DNA from: Geotalea daltonii FRC-32
GTDB lineage: Bacteria > Desulfobacterota > Desulfuromonadia > Geobacterales > Geobacteraceae
Assembly: GCF_000022265.1 (NCBI RefSeq)
Contig: NC_011979.1
Location: 2,640,001 to 2,672,000, forward strand
Reading direction: 5' to 3'
DNA length: 32,000 nt
Shown: piece after piece, positions 18,278-26,546 of the stretch
How positions within the stretch are numbered: position 1 is the first letter of the stretch
Layout of the letters: each line of letters opens with the position of its first letter
The notes under the pieces: model-generated
The model's input: only the letters and a program-made list of their open reading frames with translations
Told to the model about the DNA's origin: nothing
The model's database searches: none
Position numbers and translations under genes: made by a program

Positions 18278-18956
18278 GTTTAACCATGATATTTTCAACA
18301 TGAAATTTTACAGTTCTTACACTGATAGCGAGAATTACTGAGATATCCCAAGAACTCTTTCCCTTTTTCACCCAATTAAGCACTTCTATTTCTCTTTTTG
18401 AAAGTTCGAAATTTACTGGAGCTTTTGTTTTTGATAAATAAGTCGTAAATGCAGTATGTAAATGTGGGGTCAAATTTTCAATTATGAATTTCTCACGTGG
18501 GTGGTTTTCCAGTTTACCAGCAACTGAAAACAGGCTTCCTTCTGTCGATTTCAAGTTTCTAACTCCACAGGCAATACCATTATATAAGTTAAAATCTCTT
18601 GCCGCTGAGATGAATTCTTTAGGTGGATTCCATTTCTTGTAGGTGTCTTCCCAAAACTGTAGCTCAAAATTACTAAAGTTTTCTTTAGCAATCGGGTCGA
18701 CTTGACAAAAATTTTTTCTTTTATAAGTGATTAGCCATTCTTCTGGATAAGATATATTCATTACATCATATGTCTGTATTAGACCGTTAGTACCTATTTG
18801 GGCTATACCAAATACTGCGTTATCAATCGCTACAAGACTAGACAAACTGTCTACAATATTCTTAATACCTGTCTTATTCTTACAGGTCACACATTCGTGA
18901 ATAAGCTCTAAAAGAAAAACTGCATCACGCTTTGAAATACAATCAGTATTTTCCAT
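18210..18956 (-). CDS. LuxR-family transcription regulator with autoinducer-binding domain
   Basis: 248 aa. The N-terminal segment EEWLITYKRKNFCQVDPIAKENFSNFELQFWED reproduces the W-x3-Y-x8-DP-x13-W spacing of the AHL-receptor invariants (TraR W57, Y61, D70, P71, W85). The C-terminal HTH is LSKREIEVLNWVKKGKSSWDISVILAISVRTVKFHVENIMVKL. Confidence 0.8.
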   Translation of the reverse strand: MENTDCISKRDAVFLLELIHECVTCKNKTGIKNIVDSLSSLVAIDNAVFGIAQIGTNGLIQTYDVMNISYPEEWLITYKRKNFCQVDPIAKENFSNFELQFWEDTYKKWNPPKEFISAARDFNLYNGIACGVRNLKSTEGSLFSVAGKLENHPREKFIIENLTPHLHTAFTTYLSKTKAPVNFELSKREIEVLNWVKKGKSSWDISVILAISVRTVKFHVENIMVKLNAVSRTHAVAIALSAGVIDID

Positions 18957-19276
18957 ATTTTCTCTATCTGTGTTATGTCCAATTGTTAGCCGCCATAGCT
19001 CCTTTAACCAATCATGTACGGTATCTGGCGTCTTGAATTATAAGCTTCATCTGCTGTTTTTATTCTTGTAGTTCTTACAAATTATTTCAGCGCTTGGCGG
19101 TGCCCAAATGGATTCAATTAAAACAGCAGACCTCCTTTTTAAGGATTCCTGAGTTGCTCAGCAGTTGCTTTCCAGGAGGGCAAAATGTTTGCTTAGCCCC
19201 ATCGAGTATCCTGGAATAAGTGGCATCGTTTTCACAAGGGGACGAGGTAATTCGACATATTCCCGAAATTGAATTT

Positions 19277-19345
19277 GTGTGCCTTGTATGGCACACGGCG
19301 TAAGTCCTGTGTAAAAAAAATTACACGTGTAAAATTTCTTTACAC
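19277..19345. promoter_or_regulatory. Cluster of three palindromes (candidate operators) upstream of the luxR-like gene
   Basis: GTGTGCC-N6-GGCACAC (19277-19296), GTGTAA-A6-TTACAC (19309-19326) and GTGTAAA-N5-TTTACAC (19327-19345). The last two share a perfect 12-bp palindrome, TTACACGTGTAA (19321-19332). Confidence 0.35.
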
Positions 19346-19653
19346 CTATGTACCTTAACTCACTACATAAACTGAAACGGAATATATTTTTAGACAACCT
19401 AATAATCAAGATAATTAAAAATATTTTTATTTAATTAATGCAAGAAAGTTGGCAAAAAACGAAAACCGCCACATATCACCTAGTAGATTCTACTCGTAAG
19501 TGCATTCGAGTTAGGGGCCCCAGACTCGCGGCCAGTGTACCTGGCTAGGCATAATCGGAACACCTCTGGAGCTCCCATAGATGGTCCTTCTGATCCCTCT
19601 CCAGATGGCAGTGCTGGGGAGGGATCACAGTCCCCAGAATAGCGTTCAGCTCG

Positions 19654-19881
19654 TCAGCGTCGTCTCGGACTCCGCCAGCCGGATAACTTTCCTTTTAATT
19701 CAGAGCAGATGTCATTGGTTTTATGGGCGAATGTAGTGATATAGGAGCAACTTTCAGGCGGGACGATGTAGCTGTCGTCGTACTGCTCTAATCCAGTACT
19801 CAACATAATCATTTCAGATTCGCTAGCGTTCTCCGGCATTCCGTCTGAGTAGCCAATGATCAGCGCGCATGTGTTATTCAT
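19654..19881 (-). CDS. Hypothetical protein (75 aa from the ATG at 19881)
   Basis: Track ORF 19654..19899 has a TTG start, with an internal ATG at 19881. I recognise no motif, and the RBS is weak. It lies between the repeat cluster and the AT-rich region. Confidence 0.25.
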   Translation of the reverse strand: MNNTCALIIGYSDGMPENASESEMIMLSTGLEQYDDSYIVPPESCSYITTFAHKTNDICSELKGKLSGWRSPRRR

Positions 19882-20044
19882 ATTTATTCTTTCACCCAAC
19901 GGGCATGAAGTTGACCCGTCGTCTTTGTTTTTGGCGGGTCTAACTTTCTGGTTGGAAATTTGCCTTTTTCGCCGTTGATTTGTCTGGTTTTGCCAAATGC
20001 GTAGATCGGACCCTCGAAGGTTCCTCCACTATGCACGCTCAATA

Positions 20045-20140
20045 CGGGAGTTCAGGGGACACCAACGGGAGTTCAGGGGACACGGGAGTTCAGGGGACAC
20101 CATACTTATCTACTGGTGTCATTCGAATTAAGTATGGTGT
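20045..20140. repeat. Three direct 17-18-bp repeats followed by a 12-bp perfect inverted repeat (transposon-end, iteron or arm-site-like)
   Basis: GGGAGTTCAGGGGACAC occurs at 20046-20062, 20067-20083 and 20084-20100. ACACCATACTTA (20097-20108) pairs with TAAGTATGGTGT (20129-20140). An alternative stem is GACACCA (20096-20102) with TGGTGTC (20114-20120). Confidence 0.85.
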
Positions 20141-20741
20141 TTGAATGAATAAGTAGCGAAGAGGAAGCCTCCGGTGGTATTGAAGCTTGTGCAAGCAAGC
20201 TGCCGGACCGGCAAAGCCGTCCGGATCAAATCACCACAGGAGGCTTCCATGAACGCAATTTACACATGCTCTACACCTGGCGCAGCAGAATCAGGCACAG
20301 CAGCAGCGGAGAGTGGCTGAACAGTCGCTTGCTGTTGAGAATGCCAAGTTGAAATGCCAGTTGGCAGAACAGGCATCAGCACAATACGGCACAACGGAGA
20401 ATTTCATCATTTGATAAAAGATGATGGGTACCGGGGGTCTGTTTTAAAAATAATAAAACTTCAAATGGTGATCTTTTTCGCTCTTCCAATCCTTCCCCAC
20501 CTTCTTTTTTTCCTGGGCGTGTGTGCTTACAACTAGCTTGAATTTCACTGTTTTTGCAATTTCTCCCCCCCCATGGCAGTTCTTTCTCCCTGTGGCCCTC
20601 CTAAATTGATTCCTAAAATAAAATAACGTTCAAATCTCATCTAATAGCTTAAGTCTCTAGCATAATGGGTTGTTATATAAGAGGATTCCATTCAGCCTTA
20701 ATACGGCAGGTTTAGTTGTGTGAAAAAATAAAAACAGCGTT

Positions 20742-20757
20742 TGGCATATTAAGTGCT
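20742..20757 (+). promoter_or_regulatory. Sigma54 (RpoN) -24/-12 promoter-like element
   Basis: TGGCAT-ATTAA-GTGCT fits TGGCAC-N5-TTGCW with exact GG-N10-GC spacing. It lies about 180 nt upstream of the first CoA-transferase gene. Confidence 0.5.
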
Positions 20758-20938
20758 TATGTTGTGGTAATTCACAAGTATACGGACCTATTAGCTGGCA
20801 ATTACAGGGTTGTTCGCGGAAAAAACTTCATAGAACTATGATTTATATTTTGAAATTGAAAATTTGGACACCGGGTTGTGTTTATTTTCGGACAAAGAGC
20901 TGCCGGCAAAGCCGACAGTGGCTGAAGGAGAAGAGAGA

Positions 20939-22177
20939 GTGTGTGAAACAAGCTCATTATCCGAATTAAGAATCCTGGATTTCACCGGCGAGCTAGGTCC
21001 CTATGCTGCAAAACTGTATGCAGGTCTGGGCGCTGATGTCATTCACATAGAACCTGTAACTGGAGATCCTTTGCGGTCCACGGGACCGTTCTACGAAAAC
21101 CGGCCAGGAAAAGAAAACAGCCTCCAGTTCATCTATTACAATGCTGGCAAGAGAGGAATGGTGTTGGACATCAGCAACGAGACGGGTAGAAAAATATTTG
21201 TGGAAATGTGCAAAGGGGTCGACATTCTGTTCGAGAGCTTTGCCCCCGGATATCTTGATGCCCTGGGCCTGTCCTATGATGAGCTGAGTGCGGTAAATCC
21301 CAAATTGGTACAAACCTCCATTACACCGTTTGGTTACTTCGGACCGTACAGCGCGTATCCGGGGTCCGATCTGACCTGCGCGGCACTTGGAGGATTTTTG
21401 TATCTTGCAGGTGTCGATAACGACAAGCCGGTCCGGGCCTGTGACAATCAGGCCTATAGGATGGCTGAGGTCTATGCTGCTGTCGGTAGTTCAATTGCTG
21501 CACTGTTTGCCAAACGTACCGGCATAGGCCAGTTCGTCGATGTCTCCTGCATGGAGGCGGTGGGCATGGCTTTGGAGACCGCCGCTCAATGCTGGGATCT
21601 GGAAGGTACCCTGCGAAGGGGGAGAGGACGGGAGGCAGGATCGGCTACCATTCATCCCTGCAAGGATGGCTTTGTGGCCATCGTTGCCATCATGGGCAGG
21701 AACAAGGTCATGTGGGAGCCGTTCGTTGAATGGATGAAGGATGAAGATGTGGACGGATGGGAGCTCTTTAACAGCGATAACTGGATCAATGCTGCCTACC
21801 GTGAATCCAAGGAAGGATACGAACTGTTCTGCCGCATTTTTGAAGGCTTCACCATGAAGCACACCAAGCAGTATCTCTATGACGCCGGCCAGGCCCATCG
21901 AGTCGCCGTCAGCCCGGTCAGTAACGGCAAGGACCTTTTGGAAAATCCCCAGCTGAACTATCACGACTTCTGGAAGCGGCTGTATCACGAGCCGGTCGGT
22001 GGCGAGGTGGTCTGTCCCGGTCCCCCCTACGAGTTTGGGAATCTTAAGTGGCGCTTGGGGGATTTTGCTCCCACCTTTGGCCAGCACACCGCCGAGGTGC
22101 TTGGCGAATGCGGCTATAGCCGCACTGAAATCGAAGCGTTTCACAGGGAGGGGGTCGTCCATGTTGCCAAACCTTAG
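20939..22177 (+). CDS. bbsE: Family III CoA-transferase subunit (BbsE-like, succinyl-CoA:arylsuccinate CoA-transferase)
   Basis: Track ORF 20864..22177 has a TTG start. The GTG at 20939 has GAAGGAGAAGAG upstream. The CaiB/BaiF family N-terminus is [30 protein letters not shown]. The bbs assignment comes from the operon context. Confidence 0.6.
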   Translation: MCETSSLSELRILDFTGELGPYAAKLYAGLGADVIHIEPVTGDPLRSTGPFYENRPGKENSLQFIYYNAGKRGMVLDISNETGRKIFVEMCKGVDILFESFAPGYLDALGLSYDELSAVNPKLVQTSITPFGYFGPYSAYPGSDLTCAALGGFLYLAGVDNDKPVRACDNQAYRMAEVYAAVGSSIAALFAKRTGIGQFVDVSCMEAVGMALETAAQCWDLEGTLRRGRGREAGSATIHPCKDGFVAIVAIMGRNKVMWEPFVEWMKDEDVDGWELFNSDNWINAAYRESKEGYELFCRIFEGFTMKHTKQYLYDAGQAHRVAVSPVSNGKDLLENPQLNYHDFWKRLYHEPVGGEVVCPGPPYEFGNLKWRLGDFAPTFGQHTAEVLGECGYSRTEIEAFHREGVVHVAKP

Positions 22178-23390
22178 AAAGGCCCTCGAAGGGATTGTGG
22201 TCTGCGACTTTTCCTGGGTAGGGGCCGGTCCGATCGCCACGAACGTCCTCGGCCAGTGCGGGGCCGAGGTGATCAAGATAGAAAGCAGGAACCGGCCGGA
22301 CCTCCTGAGAACAGGTGGCCCCTTCAAGGATGGGATCAACGAGGGGCTGGAGCGGAGCGGCTACTTCGCCAACCGCAATCCCAACAAGAAGGGGATCGCG
22401 CTGGATATGAGCCAGCCAAAGGCCAGGGCCGTGGCGGTTCGCCTGATCAAAAAGAGCGACATCGTCATCAACAACTTCCGCGTGGGGCAGATGGAGAAGT
22501 GGGGTCTTGGCTGGGAGGACGTGCAGAAGATCAACCCGCGGATCATCTACGTTACCATGAGCCTGCAGGGGGAAACCGGGCCGCAGAAGAGCTACATGGG
22601 GTTCGGGGTCAATCTGAATGCCTTGTGCGGACTCACCGCCCGGGCCTGTTTTCCCGGCGAGCGCCCTTTCGGGACCGGCACGAACTACACCGACCACGTC
22701 ATGGCCCCCAGCCACACGCTCTTTGGCATTATGGCCGCCCTGCTTGAACGGGAACAAACCGGCAAGGGGCAGACAGTGGCTGTCTCCCAGCTGAAATCCG
22801 CCATCAGCATGGCACCTACGAGCGCAATGGCCTATGCGGCCAATGGGGACACGCTGGGTCCGGCGGGATTCGGCGATCCCCATGCAGCGCCCCACGGACT
22901 GTACACAACTCTCGGTTATCGGAAATGGATCGCCATTGCAGTGTTCAGCGAGGACGAATGGCGGGCGCTGAAGAAGGTGATGGGAAACCCCGCCTGGGCT
23001 GAGGACGAGAAGTTCAGCTCGCTGCAAGGGCGCAAGGAGCACGAGGCGGAACTGAACGACCAGATCGAAGGGTGGACAAGAGGGCTGCACGCGGACCGGA
23101 TCATGAGCGAGCTGCTGCGAAACGGCGTCAGGGCAGGCGTGGTCAACGATGCACGGGGCGCCATCGAAGATGAGCACCTGCGGAAGCGGGAGTTCTGGTC
23201 GTACCTGGACCATCCGGTGATGGGGCGCACCCTGTACAATCGGGCACCGATCCGCCTTTCCAAGACTCCGCTCCGGATGGAAACCGCTGCCCCCCTCTTG
23301 GGCCAGCATACCAAGGAAGTGCTGAAAGGGATGCTCGACTACACGGATGAAGAGATCGCCATGCTCACCGAGGAAAAGGTGCTCGTGTAG
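22161..23390 (+). CDS. bbsF: Family III CoA-transferase subunit (BbsF-like)
   Basis: This is the in-frame ATG at 22161 within track ORF 21999..23390. It overlaps the previous gene by 17 nt. The N-terminus is [34 protein letters not shown]. Confidence 0.6.
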   Translation: MLPNLRKALEGIVVCDFSWVGAGPIATNVLGQCGAEVIKIESRNRPDLLRTGGPFKDGINEGLERSGYFANRNPNKKGIALDMSQPKARAVAVRLIKKSDIVINNFRVGQMEKWGLGWEDVQKINPRIIYVTMSLQGETGPQKSYMGFGVNLNALCGLTARACFPGERPFGTGTNYTDHVMAPSHTLFGIMAALLEREQTGKGQTVAVSQLKSAISMAPTSAMAYAANGDTLGPAGFGDPHAAPHGLYTTLGYRKWIAIAVFSEDEWRALKKVMGNPAWAEDEKFSSLQGRKEHEAELNDQIEGWTRGLHADRIMSELLRNGVRAGVVNDARGAIEDEHLRKREFWSYLDHPVMGRTLYNRAPIRLSKTPLRMETAAPLLGQHTKEVLKGMLDYTDEEIAMLTEEKVLV

Positions 23391-23438
23391 CTGCTGGTCA
23401 CCGGAGCTGCTTCAATACTAATCACCAGGAGAACAAGA

Positions 23439-24671
23439 ATGGATTTCAGCATACCCGAAGAATACATGATGCTTAAAGAATCGATGCGGGAGTTCGTCAA
23501 GCGGGAACTGATGCCGCTGGAAAAGACGCTTCTGGAGCGGGAGCTCTCCCTCTGGACCCAGCCCGGCCACCTGATCCCCGAAGAGGATCACAAACGGCTT
23601 TTGCAGAAGACGAAGGACCTGGGCTTCTGGGGTCTTGAGGTGGATGAGGAATTTGGCGGCCAGGGGCTGGGGATGCTGGCCAAGACCCTGGTGGTTGAGG
23701 AGCTCTCCAAGAGCCTGGTGGGCTTCTCCAACCATGGCTTTACTCTGCCGCCGGACGCCCCCAACCTGTACTACCTGCACGAGTGCTGCGGACCCCGGCA
23801 GCGGGAAAAGTACTTCGTACCGTACTGCAACGGCGAAGTCGATTCAGCCATGGCGTGTACCGAACCGGGAGCCGGATCGGACGTGAGCGGTCTCAAGACC
23901 AAGGCGGTGAAGAAGGGTAACAAGTGGGTCATCAACGGCACCAAGACATTCATCAGCAAATGCGACTATGACAACGTCTTCTTCATAGTCATTGCGGTCA
24001 CCGATCCCAGTGCAGCGAGCAAAGACAGGTTTACGGCCTTTCTCATCGACCGGGAGCATCCGGGGGTACGGATAGGCAAGGAGATTCCGGTCATCGGGCC
24101 GATGCCGACCTGGGACCTGATCCTGGAGGATGTGGAGGTGGATGATGACGCCATCCTCGGCGATGTGGGCAAGGCGTTCATCCCGCTGCAGAACCGGTTC
24201 GGCGTGCGCCGGATCGAGCTGGCCTCCAGTTGCACCGGCATGGCGGAGCGGCTGATCCAGATGATGATCGACCAGGCCAACACGCGCGTCACCTTTGGTC
24301 AGCCGCTGGCCGACCGGGGCACCATCCAGAACTGGATCGCCGACTCTACCATGGAACTGGAACAGGTTCGCTGGATGCTCTACTACGCAGCCTGGAAATC
24401 GGATCAGGGGCACAAGGACCTGCGGATCGAAGGGGCGAGCGTCAAGGTGGCGGCCACCGAGATGCTGACCCGTGTGGCTGACCGGGCGATCCAGATCCAT
24501 GGCGGAGTTGGGGTTTCCCACGAACTGGGCATCGAATATGTAGCCCGGCATGTGCGGATCTGGCGCATCCTGGAAGGCCCTTCCGAGATCCATCGGTGGC
24601 TGATCGCCCGTCAGCTGTTGAAGGAGAAGAAGCCGTACAACCCGTTCATCGTTGCCAGTGACGAAATGTAG
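23439..24671 (+). CDS. bbsG: Acyl-CoA dehydrogenase (BbsG-like)
   Basis: 410-aa FAD acyl-CoA dehydrogenase fold: MACTEPGAGSDVSGLKT ... WVINGTKTFIS ... IHGGVGVSHE ... EGPSEIHR. RBS AGGAGA lies upstream. Confidence 0.65.
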   Translation: MDFSIPEEYMMLKESMREFVKRELMPLEKTLLERELSLWTQPGHLIPEEDHKRLLQKTKDLGFWGLEVDEEFGGQGLGMLAKTLVVEELSKSLVGFSNHGFTLPPDAPNLYYLHECCGPRQREKYFVPYCNGEVDSAMACTEPGAGSDVSGLKTKAVKKGNKWVINGTKTFISKCDYDNVFFIVIAVTDPSAASKDRFTAFLIDREHPGVRIGKEIPVIGPMPTWDLILEDVEVDDDAILGDVGKAFIPLQNRFGVRRIELASSCTGMAERLIQMMIDQANTRVTFGQPLADRGTIQNWIADSTMELEQVRWMLYYAAWKSDQGHKDLRIEGASVKVAATEMLTRVADRAIQIHGGVGVSHELGIEYVARHVRIWRILEGPSEIHRWLIARQLLKEKKPYNPFIVASDEM

Positions 24672-24726
24672 GCCGAGTCGCGAACTACAGCGGCGTTCGT
24701 TTAAGCGCCCGTAGCCGGAGCACTCC

Positions 24727-24793
24727 CCCTCTCCCTAGCCATCTCCCACTGGGGGAGAGGGAATCATACCTCCCCTCCCTTCGATGGGAGGGG
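24727..24793. repeat. Two adjacent G/C-rich hairpins (REP-like intergenic element)
   Basis: CCCTCTCCC (24727-24735) pairs with GGGAGAGGG (24753-24761). CCCCTCCC (24772-24779) pairs with GGGAGGGG (24786-24793) around a 6-nt loop. No T-tract follows. Confidence 0.6.
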
Positions 24794-24865
24794 CTGGGGA
24801 AGGGTGCAAGAGACTGATCATAAGCCCGAACGTTAACAGGACACTGATCGATAAAGGAGAAAGTA

Positions 24866-25636
24866 ATGGGAGTCGATTTTCGTACAGAGAACAATGTTGG
24901 CTACATCACCCTGAACAGGCCTGACGCCATGAATGCCCTGGACCCCGAAGGGTTGGTGCGGCTGGCGGAGATCTGGGGCGAGGTGAAGACCAATCCGGAC
25001 ATCAGGGTCGCGGTGCTGACCGGTGCCGGGGAGAAGGCGTTCTGCACCGGCACGGACATGAAAAAGTCAAAGGTGCCGGACGAGTGCATGGCCGCCCTCT
25101 ACTACAGGGAAGGACAGCCGATTATCCCGCACATGAAGATGTGGAAGCCGATCATCGCCTGCATCAACGGGTACGCCATTGGTGGCGGCCTTGAGATGGC
25201 CCTGGCGTGCGACCTGAGAATCTGCAGCACTACGGCCAAGTTCGGCCTGACCGAAACCAAGGTAGCAAGCCTTGCCGGCCTGAACGGGACCCAGTGCCTG
25301 CCGAGGGCCATTCCCCAAGCGGTTGCCATGAAGATGCTTTTGACCGGAGAAATGATCGACGCCGCCGAGGCGCACCGGGTCGGCCTGGTCAGCGATGTTG
25401 CCGAACCGGACCAGCTGTTGGATCTGGCCAGGAAGTATGCGGAGAAGATCGCCGGCAATGCGCCTTTGAGCGTCATGGCCGCCAAGCAGGCGGCAGTGAT
25501 GGGGATGGATATGCCGCTCTCCCATGCCATCGACTTCTCGTACCTGTTGTGGGGGATCCTGCGGGACACGGAAGACCGGAAAGAGGGTTTCACCGCCTTT
25601 GCCGAGAAGCGGGCGCCCCAGTATCGGGGGCGGTAG
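24866..25636 (+). CDS. bbsH: Enoyl-CoA hydratase/isomerase, crotonase family (BbsH-like)
   Basis: 256 aa with a crotonase fold: ITLNRPDAMNAL, VAVLTGAGEKAFCTGTDM, IACINGYAIGGGLEMALACDLR. RBS AAAGGAGA lies upstream. Confidence 0.65.
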   Translation: MGVDFRTENNVGYITLNRPDAMNALDPEGLVRLAEIWGEVKTNPDIRVAVLTGAGEKAFCTGTDMKKSKVPDECMAALYYREGQPIIPHMKMWKPIIACINGYAIGGGLEMALACDLRICSTTAKFGLTETKVASLAGLNGTQCLPRAIPQAVAMKMLLTGEMIDAAEAHRVGLVSDVAEPDQLLDLARKYAEKIAGNAPLSVMAAKQAAVMGMDMPLSHAIDFSYLLWGILRDTEDRKEGFTAFAEKRAPQYRGR

Positions 25637-25790
25637 TTCCGAAACAAAAACTCAGGTTGCTCAAAAGCAGTCAGATCGTCGCACCCGCAGGAAGCTCCGC
25701 GGAGGCGTAGCAGCGCTACGCCGCACAAAGGGGCTTTCGAGGACGGCGGCGAGATGGCTGCTTTTCAGCAACCTGCCAAGGAGCCAAATT

Positions 25791-26546
25791 ATGCACATAG
25801 TCGTCTTGGCAAAAGTAGTCCCCGATTACGAAGTCCCGTCGGCGGACTTCGAACTGGTGGAGAACAGGGCCCATCCCCGGTACACGCGGATGATCGGCCT
25901 GTACGATGAAAACGCCGTCGAATTGGGGGTACAGCTGAAGGAGAAACTCGGGGCTGACCTGACCATCGTCTCCTATGGACTCAGTGATGACGTGCAGTTC
26001 CTCAGGAAGGCGCTGGCCATGGGTGCGGACAAGGTGGTCCTGGTGGAGGGGAGTTCGGACGACCCGTACGTGATCGCCGCCAACCTGAAGGAGGCCATCG
26101 ACCGGCAGGGGAACGTGGACCTGGTCCTGGCGGGCCGCCAGTCCTCGGACATGGACCGGGGAGTGGTTCCGGGGGTGTTGGCCGGTATGCTCGACCTCCC
26201 CTTTGTCCCCCAGGCCTGCAGCGTTGAAAGCACGGATGGGGGGTGGAAAATCGCCCAGATAACCGAAAACGGCAAGCGGCTCTTGAAGCTCTCCGGCAAG
26301 GGGGTGCTCTCCATCACCAGCGTTCCGGAGAACGTTCCCCGGATCCCGGCGGTGAAGGCGATCTTCGCGGCCAAGAAGAAGCCGGTGGAAAAGCTGGCCG
26401 AGATCGGGGCGAGGAAGATGAGCATCGCCGAACTGTCGGTGACCATCCCCAAGGTGGAGTCCAACTGTGAACAGATACCGGCCGAGGACATGGACGAGGC
26501 TGTCCGTCAGCTTCTGAGAAGGCTCAAGGAGGAGCGATACCTATGA
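25791..26546 (+). CDS. etfB: Electron transfer flavoprotein beta subunit
   Basis: This is the ATG at 25791 within track ORF 25524..26546. The N-terminus MHIVVLAKVVPDYE, then LVLAGRQSSDMDRGVVPGVLA, are typical of EtfB. Its stop overlaps the etfA start (ATGA at 26543). Confidence 0.85.
   Translation: MHIVVLAKVVPDYEVPSADFELVENRAHPRYTRMIGLYDENAVELGVQLKEKLGADLTIVSYGLSDDVQFLRKALAMGADKVVLVEGSSDDPYVIAANLKEAIDRQGNVDLVLAGRQSSDMDRGVVPGVLAGMLDLPFVPQACSVESTDGGWKIAQITENGKRLLKLSGKGVLSITSVPENVPRIPAVKAIFAAKKKPVEKLAEIGARKMSIAELSVTIPKVESNCEQIPAEDMDEAVRQLLRRLKEERYL

Larger units (their letters stand above)
6123..20860. mobile_element. tRNA-fMet-adjacent mosaic genomic island (no integrase detected)
   Basis: It starts immediately after the tRNA terminator. 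It contains a TA module, an IS21 remnant, an AT-rich accessory block on the strand opposite to the flanking core genes, and repeat debris at 19450-20540. GC-rich metabolic genes resume at about 20860. The boundaries are approximate. Confidence 0.6.

Noticed and set aside
19114-19409. Overlapping 60-aa and 83-aa minus-strand ORFs in the AT-rich spacer
   Set aside because: They are mutually overlapping, Cys/Ile-rich and of odd composition. The region is better explained as regulatory or spacer DNA containing the palindromes.
20163-20248. Possible c-di-GMP (GEMM-I) or cGAMP riboswitch, a class said to be common in Geobacter
   Set aside because: It contains a GCAAAGCC-like segment, but the overall helix layout and the conserved tetraloop/receptor features I remember for GEMM-I are not present. 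It is kept only as an unclassified structure.
20354-20536. 60-aa plus-strand ORF
   Set aside because: It has no RBS or motif and sits in repeat and IS-like debris.
20628-20636. GTTCAAATC, identical to part of the tRNA-fMet T-arm, considered as a possible attR
   Set aside because: Only 9 nt match before the sequences diverge. A 9-mer is expected by chance at appreciable frequency in 32 kb on two strands, and no integrase is present.
22044-23309. 421-aa minus-strand ORF, and similar antisense ORFs at 3317-4498, 21491-22339 and 23844-24593
   Set aside because: Each is fully embedded antisense in a conserved enzyme gene and lacks motifs. They are treated as non-coding.
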